Assembly (NCBI GenBank): GCA_964016885.1 | Contig: OZ024741.1 | Coordinates: 255,254,001-255,318,000 of the forward strand | Direction: 5' to 3' | Source: Eledone cirrhosa | Lineage: Eukaryota | DNA: 64,000 nt | Shown here: positions 36,272 to 47,917 of the stretch, in pieces | Layout of the letters: each line of letters starts with the position of its first letter | How positions within the stretch are numbered: position 1 is the stretch's first letter | Translations under genes and position numbers: made by a program | The notes under the pieces: model-generated | What the model saw: the letters and a program-made list of their open reading frames with translations, nothing else | What the model was told of the DNA's origin: nothing | The model's database searches: none

Positions 36272-39200
36272 GCTGTTTTTTGTGTCAGTGCCAGTGTTGT
36301 TAGAGTTGTTGCTGTTTTCTCTGTCAGTGCCAGTGTTGTTGTTGTTGTTGCTGTTTTCTCTGTCAGTGCCAGTGTTGTAGTTGTTGCTGTTTTCTCTGTC
36401 AGTGCCAGTGTTGTTGTAGTTGTTGCTGTTTTCTGTGTCAGTGCCAATGTTGTTGTTGTTGCTGTTTTCTGTGTCAGTGCCAGTGTTGTTGTTGTTGCTA
36501 TTTTCACTGTCAGTGCCAGTGTTGTTGCTGTTGCTGTTTTCTCTGTCAGTGCCAGTGATGTTGTAGTTGTTGCTGTTTTCTGTGTTAGTGCCAGTGTTGT
36601 TGTAGTTGTTGCTGCTTTCTGTGTCAGTGCCAGTGTTGTTCCTGTTGCTGTTTTCTCTGGCAATGCCAGTGTTGTTGTAGTTGTTGCTGCTTTCTCTGTC
36701 AGTGCCAGTGTTGTTGTAGTTGTTGCTGTTTTCTGTGTCAGTGCCAGTGTTGTTGTAGTTGTTGCTGTTTTCTGTGTCAGTGCCAGTGTTGTTGTTGTTG
36801 ATGTTTTCTCTGTCAGTGCCAGTGTTGTTGTAGTTGTTGCTGTTTTCTGTGTCAGTGCCACTGTTGTTGTTGCTGTTTTCTCTGTCAGTGTCAGTGTTGT
36901 TGCTGTTGCTATTTTCACTGTCGGTGCCAGTGTTGTTGTTGTTGCTGTTTTCTGTGTCAGTGCCAGTGTTGTTGTTGTTGCTGTTTTCTTTGTCAGTGCC
37001 AGTGTTGTTGTTGTTACTGTTGCTGTTTTCTGTGTCAGTTCCAGTGTTGCTGTTGCTGTTTTCTGTGCCAGTGCCAGTGTTATTGTTGCTGTTGTTGCTG
37101 TTTTCTGTGTCAGTGCCACGGTTGTTGTAGCTGTTGTTGCTGTTTTCTGTGTCAGTGCCAGTGTTGTTGTTGCTGTTTTCTGTGTCAGTGCCAGTGTTGT
37201 TGTTGCTGTTGTTGCTGTTTTCTGTGCCAGTGTTGTTGTATTTGTTGCTGTTTTGTGTGTCAGTGCCGGTGTTGTTGTTGTTGCTGTTTTCTCTGTCAGT
37301 GCCAGTGTTGTTGTTGTTGCTGTTTTCTCTGTCAGTGCCAGTGTTGTTGTTGTTGCTGTTTTCTGTGTCAGTGCCAGTGTTGTTGTAGTTGTTGCTGTTT
37401 TCTGTGTCAGTGCCAGTGTTGTTGTAGTTGTTGCTGTTTTCTGTGTCAGTGCCAGTGTTGTTGTAGTTGTTGCTGTTTTCTCTGTCAGTGCCAGTGTTGT
37501 TGTAGTTGTTGCTGTTTTCTCTGTCAGTGCCAGTGTTGTTGTAGTTGTTGATGTTTTCTGTGTCAATGCCAGTGTTGTTGTTGTTGCTGTTTTCTCTGTC
37601 AGTGCCAGTGTTGTAGTTGTTGCTGTTTTCTCTGTCAGAGCCAGTGTTGTTGTAGTTGTTGCTGTTTTCTGTGTCAGTGCCAGTGTTGTTGCTGTTGTTG
37701 CTGTTTTCTGTGTCAGTGCCAGTGTTGTTGTTGTTGCTGTTTTCTCTGTCAGTGCCAGTGTTTTTGTTGTTGCTGTTTTCTGTGTCAGTGCCAGTGTTGT
37801 TCTAGTTGTTGCTGTTTTCTGTGTCAGTGCCAGTGTTGTTGTAGTTGTTGCTGTTTTCTCTGTCAGTGCCAGTGTTGTTGTAGATGTTGCTGTTTTCTCT
37901 GTCAGTGCCAGTGTTGTTGTAGTTGTTGCTGTTTTCTGTGTCAGTGCCAGTGTTGTTGTTGTTGCTGTTTTCTCTGTCAGTGCCAGTGATGTTGTATTTG
38001 TTGCTGTTTTCTGTGTTAGTGCCACTGTTGTTGTTGCTGTTTTCTGTGTCGGTGCCAGTGTTGTTGTTGTTGCTGTTTTCTCTGTCAGTGCCAGTGTTGT
38101 TGTTGCTGTTTTCTCTGTCACTGCCAGTGTTGTTGTAGTTGTTGCTGTTTTCTGTGTCAGTGCCAGTGTTGTTGTTGTTGCTGTTTTCTCTGTCAGTGCC
38201 AGTGTTGTTGCTGTTGCTGTTTTCTCTGTCAGTGCCAGTGTTGTTGTAGTTGTTGCTGCTTTCTCTGTCAGTGCCAGTGTTGTTGTAGTTGTTGCTGTTT
38301 TCTGTGTCAGTGCCAGTGTTGTTGTTGTTGCTGTTTTCTCTGTCAGTGCCAGTGTTGTTGTAGTTGTTGCTGTTTTCTGTGTCAGTGCCACTGTTGTTGT
38401 TGCTGTTTTCTCTGTCAGTGCCAGTGTTGTTGTAGTTTTTGCTGTTTTCTGTGTCAGTGCCAGTGTTGTTGTTGCTGTTTTCTGTGTCAGTGCCAGTGTT
38501 GTTGTTGTTGCTGTTTTCTCTGTCAGTGCCAGTGTTGTTGCTGTTGCTATTTTCACTGTCAGTGCCAGTGTTGTTGTTGTTGCTGTTTTCTGTGTCAGTG
38601 CCAGTGTTGTTGTTGTTGCTGTTTTCTTTGTCAGTGCCAGTGTTGTTGTTGTTACTGTTGCTGTTTTCTGTGTCAGTGCCAGTGTTGTTGTAGTTGTTGC
38701 TGTTTTCTGTGCCAGTGCCAGTGTTATTGTTGCTGTTGTTGCTGTTTTCTGTGTCAGTGCCACGGTTGTTGCTGTTGTTGCTGTTTTCTGTGTCAGTGCC
38801 AGTGTTGCTGTTGCTGTTTTCTGTGTCAGTGCCAGTGTTGTTGTTGCTGTTGTTGCTGTTTTCTGTGCCAGTGTTGTTGTAGTTGTTGCTGTTTTCTGTG
38901 TCAGTGCCGGTGTTGTTGTTGTTGCTGTTTTCTCTGTCAGTGCCAGTGTTGTTGTTGTTGCTGTTTTCTCTGTCAGTGCCAGTGTTGTTGTTGTTGCTGT
39001 TTTCTGTGTCAGTGCCAGTGTTGTTGTAGTTGTTGCTGTTTTCTCTGTCAGTGCCAGTGTTGTTGTAGTTGTTGATGTTTTCTGTGTCAATGTCAGTGTT
39101 GTTGTTGTTGCTGTTTTCTCTGTCAGTGCCAGTGTTGTAGTTGTTGCTGTTTACTCTGTCAGTGCCAGTGTTGTTGTAGTTGTTGCTGTTTTCTGTGTCA

Positions 39201-42200
39201 GTGCCAGTGTTGTTGCTGTTGTTGCTGTTTTCTGTGTCAGTGCCAGTGTTGTTGTTGTTGCTGTTTTCTGTGTCAGTGCCAGTGTTGTTCTAGTTGTTGC
39301 TGTTTTCTGTGTCAGTGCCAGTGTTGTTGTAGTTGTTGCTGTTTTCTCTGTCAGTGCCAGTGTTGTAGTTGTTGCTGTTTTCTGTGTCAGTGCCAGTGTT
39401 GTTGTTGTTGCTGTTTTCTCTGTCAGTGCCAGTGTTGTTGTAGTTGTTGCTGTTTTCTCTGTCAGTGCCAGTGTTGTTGTAGTTGTTGCTGTTTTCTGTG
39501 TCAGTGCCGGTGTTGTTGTTGTTGCTGTTTTCTCTGTCAATGCCAGTGTTGTTGTTGTTGCTGTTTTCTCTCTCAGTGCCAGTGTTGTTGTTGTTGCTGT
39601 TTTCTGTGTCAGTGCCAGTGTTGTTGTTGTTGCTGTTTTCTGTGTCAGTGCCAGTGTTGTTGTAGTTGTTGCTGTTTTCTGTGCCAGTGTTGTTGTAGTT
39701 GTTGCTGTTTTCTGTGTCAGTGCCAGTGTTGTTGTAGTTGTTGCTGTTTTCTCTGTGAGTGCCAGTGTTGTTGTAGTTGTTGCTGTTTTCTCTGTCAGTG
39801 CCAGAGTTGTTGTAGTTGTTGCTGTTTTCTGTGTCAGTGCCAGTGTTGTTGTTGTTGCTGTTTTCTCTGTCTGTGCCAGTGTTGTTGTAGTTGTTGCTGT
39901 TTTCTGTGTCAGTGCCAGTGTTGTTGCTGTTGTTGCTGTTTTCTGTGTCAGTGCCAGTGTTGTTGTTGTTGCTGTTTTCTGTGTCAGTGCCAGTGTTGTT
40001 GTTGCTATTTTCACTGTCAGTGCCAGTGTTGTTGTAGCTGTTGCTGTTTTCTGTGTCAGTGCCAGTGTTGTTGTAGTTGTTGCTGTTTACTGTGTCAGTG
40101 CCAGTGTTGTTGTAGTTGTTGCTGTTTTCTCTGTCAGTGCCAGTGTTGTTGTAGTTGTTGCTGTTTTCTCTGTCAGTGCCAGTGTTGTTGTAGTTGTTGC
40201 TGTTTTCTGTGTCAGTGCCAGTGTTGTTGTTGTTGCTGTTTTCTCTGTCAGTGCCAGTGTTGTTGTAGTTGTTGCTGTTTTCTCTGTCAGTGCCAGTGTT
40301 GTTGTAGTTGTTGCTGTTTTTTGTGTCAGTGCCAGTGTTGTTGTAGTTGTTGCTGTTTTCTCTGTCAGTGCCAGTGTTGTTGTTGTTGTTGCTGTTTTCT
40401 CTGTCAGTGCCAGTGTTGTAGTTGTTGCTGTTTTCTCTGTCAGTGCCAGTGTTGTTGTAGTTGTTGCTGTTTTCTGTGTCAGTGCCAGTGTTGTTGTTGT
40501 TGCTGTTTTCTGTGTCAGTGCCAGTGTTGTTGTTGTTGCTATTTTCACTGTCAGTGCCAGTGTTGTTGCTGTTGCTGTATTCTCTGTCAGTGCCAGTGAT
40601 GTTGTAGTTGTTGCTGTTTTCTGTGTTAGTGCCAGTGTTGTTGTAGTTGTTGCTGTTTTCTCTGTCAGTGCCAGTGTTGTTGTAGTTGTTGCTGTTTTCT
40701 GTGTCAGTGCCAGTGTTGTTGTTGTTGCTGTTTTCTCTGTCAGTGCCAGTGTTGTTGTAGTTGTTGCTGCTTTCTCTGTCAGTGCCAGTGTTGTTGTAGT
40801 TGTTGCTGTTATCTGTGTCAGTGTCAGTGTTGTTGTTGTTGCTGTTTTCTCTGTCAGTGCCAGTGTTGTTGTAGTTGTTGCTGTTTTCTGTGTCAGTGCC
40901 ACTGTTGTTGTTGCTGTTTTCTCTGTCAGTGCCAGTGTTGTTGTAGTTTTTGCTGTTTTCTCTGTCAGTGCCAGTGTTGTTGTAGTTGTTGCTGTTTTCT
41001 CTGTCAGTGCCAGTGTTGTTGTAGTTGTTGCTGTTTTCTGTGTCAGTGCCAGTGTTGTTGTAGTTGTTGCTGTTTTCTCTGTCAGTGCCAGTGTTGTTGT
41101 AGTTGTTGCTGTTTTCTCTGTCAGTGCCAGTGTTGTTGTAGCTGTTGCTGTTTTCTGTGTCAATGCCAGTGTTGTTGTTGTTGCTGTTTTCTCTGTCAGT
41201 GCCAGTGTTGTAGTTGTTGCTGTTTTCTCTGTCAGTGCCAGTGTTGTTGTAGTTGTTGCTGTTTTCTGTGTCAGTGCCAGTGTTATTGCTGTTGTTGCTG
41301 TTTTCTGTGTCAGTGCCAGTGTTGTTGTTGTTGCTGTTTTCTCTGTCAGTGCCAGTGTTTTTGTTGTTGCTGTTTTCTGTGTCAGTGCCAGTGTTGTTCT
41401 AGTTGTTGCTGTTTTCTGTGTCAGTGCCAGTGTTGTTGTAGTTGTTGCTGTTTTCTCTGTCAGTGCCAGTGTTGTTGTAGTTGTTGCTGTTTTCTCTGTC
41501 AGTGCCAGTGTTGTTGTAGTTGTTGCTGTTTTCTGTGTCAGTGCCAGTGTTGTTGTTGTTGCTGTTTTCTCTGTCAGTGCCAGTGTTGTTGTAGTTATTG
41601 ATGTTTTCTGTGTCAGTGCCACTGTTGTTGTTGCTGTTTTCTGTGTCAGTGCCAGTGTTGTTGTTGTTGCTGTTTTCTCTGTCAGTGCCAGTGTTGTTGT
41701 TGCTGTTTTCTCTGTCAGTGCCAGTGTTGTTGTTGCTGTTTTCTGTGTCAGTGCCATTGTTATTGCTGTTGTTGCTGTTTTCTCTGTCAGTGCCAGTGTT
41801 GTTGTTGCTGTTGCTGTTTTCTCTGTCAGTGCCAGTGTTGTTGTAGTTGTTGCTGTTTTCTGTGTCAGTGCCAGTGTTGTTGTTGTTGCTGTTTTCTCTG
41901 TCAGTGCCAGTGTTGTAGTTGTTGCTGTTTTCTGTGTCAGTGCCAGTGTTGTTGTTGTTGCTGTTTTCTCTGTCAGTGCCAGTGTTGTTGTAGTTGTTGC
42001 TGTTTTCTCTGTCAGTGCCAGTGTTGTTGTAGTTGTTGCTGTTTTCTGTGTCAGTGCCAGTGTTGTTGTTGTTGCTGTTTTCTCTGTCAGTGCCAGTGTT
42101 GTTGTAGTTGTTGCTGTTTTCTGTGTCAGTGCCAGTGTTGTTGTAGTTGTTGCCGTTTTCTCTGTCAGTGCCAGTGTTGTTGTAGTTGTTGCTGTTTTCT

Positions 42201-45200
42201 GTGTCAGTGCCAGTGTTGTTGTTGCTGTTTTCTCTGTCAGTGCCAGTGTTGTTGTAGTTGTTGCTGTTTTCTCTGTCAGTGCCAGTTTTGTTGTAGTTTT
42301 TGCTGTTTTCTGTGTCAGTGCCAGTGTTGTTGTAGTTGTTGCTGTTTTCTTTGTCAGTGGCAGTGTTGTTGTTGTTGCTGTTTTCTCTGTCAGTGCCAGT
42401 GTTGTAGTTGTTGCTGTTTTCTCTGTCAGTGCCAGTGTTGTTGTTGTTGTTGCTGTTTTCTCTGTCAGTGCCAGTGTTGTTGTTGTTGCTATTTTCACTG
42501 TCAGTGCCAGTGTTGTTGTTGTTGCTATTTTCACTGTCAGTGCCAGTGTTGTTGTTGTTGCTATTTTCACTGTCAGTGCCAGTGTTGTTGTTGTTACTGT
42601 TGCTGTTTTCTGTGTCAGTGCCAGTGTTGTTGTTGTTACTGTTGCTGTTTCCTGTGCCACTGCCAGTGTTATTGTTGCTGTTGTTGCTGTTTTGTCTGTC
42701 AGTGCCAGTGTTGTAGTTGTTGCTGTTTTCTCTGACACTGCCAGTGTTGTTGTAGTTGTTGCTGTTTTATGTGTCAGTGCCAGTGTTGTTGTTGTTGCTG
42801 TTTTCTGTGTCAGTGCCAGTGTTGTTGTTGTTGCTATTTTCACTGTCAGTGCCAGTGTTGTTGCTGTTGCTGTTTTCTCTGTCAGTGCCAGTGATGTTGT
42901 AGTTGTTGCTGTTTTCTGTGTTAGTGCCAGTGTTGTTGTAGTTGTTGCTGTTTTCTGTGTCAGTGCCAGTGTTGTTGCTGTTGCTGTTTTCTCTGTCAGT
43001 GCCAGTGTTGTTGTAGTTGTTGCTGTTTTCTGTGTCAGTGCCACTGTTGTTGTTGCTGTTTTCTGTGTCTGTGCCAGTGTTGTTGTTGTTGCTGTTTTCT
43101 CTGTCAGTGCCAGTGTTGTTGTTGTTTTCTCTGTCAGTGTCAGTGTTGTTGTAGTTGTTGCTGTTTTTTGTGTCAGTGCCAGTGTTGTTATAGTTGTTGC
43201 TGTTTTCTCTGTCAGTGCCAGTGTTGTTGTTGTTGTTGCTGTTTTCTCTGTCAGTGCCAGTGTTGTAGTTGTTGCTGTTTTCTCTGTCAGTGCCAGTGTT
43301 GTTGTAGTTGTTGCTGTTTTCTGTGTCAGTGCCAGTGTTGTTGTTGTTGCTGTTTTCTGTGTCAGTGCCAGTGTTGTTGTTGCTATTTTCACTGTCAGTG
43401 CCAGTGTTGTTGCTGTTGCTGTTTTCTCTGTCAGTGCCACTGATGTTGTAGTTGTTGCTGTTTTCTGTGTTAGTGCCAGTGTTGTTGTAGTTGTTGCTGC
43501 TTTCTGTGTCAGTGCCAGTGTTGTTGCTGTTGCTGTTTTCTTTGTCAATGCCAGTGTTGTTGTAGTTGTTGCTGCTTTCTCTGTCAGTGCCAGTGTTGTT
43601 GTAGTTGTTGCTGTTTTCTGTGTCAGTGCCAGTGTTGTTGTAGTTGTTGCTGTTTTCTGTGTCAGTGCCAGTGTTGTTGTTGTTGATGTTTTCTCTGTCA
43701 GTGCCAGTGTTGTTGTAGTTGTTGCTGTTTTCTGTGTCAGTGCCACTGTTGTTGTTGCTGTTTTCTCTGTCAGTGCCAGTGTTGTTGCTGTTGCTATTTT
43801 CACTGTCAGTGCCAGTGTTGTTGTTGTTGCTGTTTTCTGTGTCAGTGCCAGTGTTGTTGTTGTTGCTGTTTTCTTTGTCAGTGCCAGTGTTGTTGTTGTT
43901 ACTGTTGCTGTTTTCTGTGTCAGTTCCAGTGTTGCTGTTGCTGTTTTCTGTGCCAGTGCCAGTGTTATTGTTGCTGTTGTTGTTGTTTTCTGTGTCAGTG
44001 CCACGGTTGTTGTTGCTGTTGTTGCTGTTTTCTGTGTCAGTGTCAGTGTTGTTGTTGCTGTTTTCTGTGTCAGTGCCAGTGTTGTTGTTGCTGTTGTTGC
44101 TGTTTTCTGTGCCAGTGTTGTTGTAGTTGTTGCTGTTTTGTGTGTCAGTGCCGGTGTTGTTGTTGTTGCTGTTTTCTCTGTCAGTGCCAGTGTTGTTGTT
44201 GTTGCTGTTTTCTCTGTCAGTGCCAGTGTTGTTGTTGTTGCTGTTTTCTGTGTCAGTGCCAGTGTTGTTGTAGTTGTTGCTGTTTTCTGTGTCAGTGCCA
44301 GTGTTGTTGTAGTTGTTGCTGTTTTCTGTGTCAGTGCCAGTGTTGTTGTAGTTGTTGCTGTTTTCTCTGTCAGTGCCAGTGTTGTTGTAGTTGTTGCTGT
44401 TTTCTCTGTCAGTGCCAGTGTTGTTGTAGTTGTTGATGTTTTCTGTGTCAATGCCAGTGTTGTTGTTGTTGCTGTTTTCTCTGTCAGTGCCAGTGTTGTA
44501 GTTGTTGCTGTTTTCTCTGTCAGTGCCAGTGTTGTTGTAGTTGTTGCTGTTTTCTGTGTCAGTGCCAGTGTTGTTGCTGTTGTTGCTGTTTTCTGTGTCA
44601 GTGCCAGTGTTGTTGTTGTTGCTGTTTTCTCTGTCAGTGCCAGTGTTTTTGTTGTTGCTGTTTTCTGTGTCAGTGCCAGTGTTGTTCTAGTTGTTGCTGT
44701 TTTCTGTGTCAGTGCCAGTGTTGTTGTAGTTGTTGCTGTTTTCTCTGTCAGTGCCAGTGTTGTTGTAGATGTTGCTGTTTTCTCTGTCAGTGCCAGTGTT
44801 GTTGTAGTTGTTGCTGTTTTCTGTGTCAATGCCAGTGTTGTTGTTGTTGCTGTTTTCTCTGTCAGTGCCAGTGATGTTGTAGTTGTTGCTGTTTTCTGTG
44901 TTAGTGCCACTGTTGTTGTTGCTGTTTTCTGTGTCGGTGCCAGTGTTGTTGTTGTTGCTGTTTTCTCTGTCAGTGCCAGTGTTGTTGTTGCTGTTTTCTC
45001 TTTCAGTGCCAGTGTTGTTGTAGTTGTTGCTGTTTTCTGTGTCAGTGCCAGTGTTGTTGTTGTTGCTGTTTTCTCTGTCAGTGCCAGTGATGTTGTAGTT
45101 GTTGCTGTTTTCTGTGTTAGTGCCAGTGTTGTTGTAGTTGTTGCTGTTTTCTGTGTCAGTGCCAGTGTTGTTGCTGTTGCTGTTTTCTCTGTCAGTGCCA

Positions 45201-47917
45201 GTGTTGTTGTAGTTGTTGCTGCTTTCTCAGTCAGTGCCAGTGTTGTTGTAGTTGTTGCTGTTTTCTGTGTCAGTGCCAGTGTTGTTGTTGTTGCGGTTTT
45301 CTCTGTCAGTGCCAGTGTTGTTGTAGTTGTTGCTGTTTTCTGTGTCAGTGCCACTGTTGTTGTTGCTGTTTTCTCTGTCAGTGCCAGTGTTGTTGTAGTT
45401 TTTGCTGTTTTCTGTGTCAGTGCCAGTGTTGTTGTTGTTGCTGTTTTCTCTGTCAGTGCCAGTGTTGTTGCTGTTGCTATTTTCACTGTCAGTGCCAGTG
45501 TTGTTGTTGTTGCTGTTTTCTGTGTCAGTGCCAGTGTTGTTGTTGCTGTTTTCTCTGTCAGTGCCAGTGTTGTTGTTGCTGTTTTCTGTGTCAGTGCCAT
45601 TGTTATTGCTGTTGTTGCTGTTTTCTCTGTCAGTGCCAGTGTTGTTGTTGCTGTTGTTGCTGTTGCTGTTTTCTCTGTCAGTGCCAGTGTTGTTGTAGTT
45701 GTTGCTGTTTTCTCTGTCAGTGCCAGTGTTGTAGTTGTTGCTGTTTTCTGTGTCAGTGCCAGTGTTGTTGTTGTTGCTGTTTTCTCTGTCAGTGCCAGTG
45801 TTGTTGTAGTTGTTGCTGTTTTCTGTGTCAGTGCCACTGTTGTTGTTGCTGTTTTCTGTGTCTGTGCCAGTGTTGTTGTTGCTGTTTTCTCTGTCAGTGT
45901 CAGTGTTGTTGTTGCTGTTTTCTCTGTCAGTGCCAGTGTTGTTGTAGTTGTTGCTGTTTTCTGTGTCAGTGCCAGTGTTGTTGTAGTTGTTGCTGTTTTC
46001 TCTGTCAGTGCCAGTGTTGTTGTAGTTGTTGCTGTTTTCTCTGTCAGTGCCAGTGTTGTTGTAGTTGTTGCTGTTTTCTGTGTCAGTGCCAGTGTTTTTG
46101 TTGTTGCTGTTTTCTCTGTCAGTGCCAGTGTTGTTGTAGTTGTTGCTGTTTTCTCTGTCAGTGCCAGTGTTGTTGTAATTGTTGCTGTTTTCTGTGTCAG
46201 TGCCAGTGTTGTTGCTGTTGTTGCTGTTTTCTGTGTCAGTGCCAGTGTTGTAGTTGTTGCTGTTTAATTGGTCAGTGCCAGTGTTGTTGTAGTTGTTGCT
46301 GTTTTCTCTGTCAGTGCCAGTGTTGTTGTAGTTGTTGCTGTTTTCTCTGTCAGTGCCAGTGTTGTTGTAGTTGTTGCTGTTTTCTGTGTCAGTGCCAGTG
46401 TTGTTGTTGTTGCTGTTTTCTCTGTCAGTGCCAGTGTTGTTGTAGTTGTTGCTGTTTTCTCTGTCAGTGCCAGTGTTGTTGTAGTTGTTGCTGTTTTTTG
46501 TGTCACTGCCAGTGTTGTTGTAGTTGTTGCTGTTTTCTCTGTCAGTGCCAGTGTTGTTGTTGTTGTTGCTGTTTTCTCTGTCAGTGCCAGTGTTGTAGTT
46601 GTTGCTGTTTTCTCTGTCAGTGCCAGTGTTGTTGTAGTTGTTGCTGTTTTCTGTGTCAGTGCCAGTGTTGTTGTTGTTGCTGTTTTCTGTGTCAGTGCCA
46701 GTGTTGTTGTTGTTGCTATTTTCACTGTCAGTGCCAGTGTTGTTGCTGTTGCTGTTTTCTCTGTCAGTGCCATTGATGTTGTAGTTGTTGCTGTTTTCTG
46801 TGTTAGTGCCAGTGTTGTTGTAGTTGTTGCTGTTTTCTGTGTCAGTGCCAGTGTTGTTGCTGTCGCTGTTTTCTCTGTCAGTGCCAGTGTTGTTGTAGTT
46901 GTTGCTGCTTTCTCTGTCAGTGCCAGTGTTGTTGTAGTTGTTGCTGTTATCTGTGTCAGTGCCAGTGTTGTTGTTGTTGCTGTTTTCTCTGTCAGTGCCA
47001 GTGTTGTTGTAGTTGTTGCTGTTTTCTGTGTCAGTGCCACTGTTGTTGTTGCTGTTTTCTCTGTCAGTGCCAGTGTTGTTGTAGTTTTTGCTGTTTTCTG
47101 TGTCAGTGCCAGTGTTGTTGTTGCTGTTGTTGCTGTTTTCCGTGCCAGTGTTGTTGTAGTTGTTGCTGTTTTCTGTGTCAGTGCCGGTGTTGTTGTTGTT
47201 GCTGTTTTCTCTGTCAGTGCCAGTGTTGTTGCTGTTGCTGTTTTCTCTGTCAGTGCCAGTGTTGTTGTTGTTTTCTCTGTCAGTGCCAGTGTTGTTGTAG
47301 TTGTTGCTGTTTTCTGTGTCAGTGCCAGTGTTGTTGTAGTTGTTGCTGTTTTCTGTGTCAGTGCCAGTGTTGTTGTAGTTGTTGCTGTTTTCTCTGTCAG
47401 TGCCAGTGTTGTTGTAGTTGTTGCTGTTTTCTCTGTCAGTGCCAGTGTTGTTGTAGTTGTTGCTGTTTTCTGTGTCAATGCCAGTGTTGTTGTTGTTGTT
47501 GCTGTTTTCTCTGTCAGTGCCAGTGTTGTAGTTGTTGCTGTTTTCTCTGTCAGTGCCAGTGTTGTTGTAGTTGTTGCTGTTTTCTGTGTCAGTGCCAGTG
47601 TTGTTGCTGTTGTTGCAGTTTTCTGTGTCAGTGCCAGTGTTGTTGTTGTTGCTGTTTTCTCTGTCAGTGACAGTGTTTTTGTTGTTGCTGTTTTCTGTGT
47701 CAGTGCCAGTGTTGTTCTAGTTGTTGCTGTTTTCTGTGTCAGTGCCAGTGTTGTTGTAGTTGTTGCTGTTTTCTCTGTCAGTGCCAGTGTTGTTGTAGTT
47801 GTTGCTGTTTTCTCTGTCAGTGCCAGTGTTGTTGTAGTTGTTGCTGTTTGCTGTGTCAGTGCCAGTGTTGTTGTTGTTGCTGTTTTCTCTGTCAGTGCCA
47901 GTGTTGTTGTAGTTATT

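Noticed and set aside
8439-46270. TTAA sites as piggyBac target sites or deliberate bidirectional stops
   Set aside because: There is no inserted element or terminal inverted repeat. TTAA arises from two point changes in GTTTTC, and it stops both strands simply because it is palindromic.
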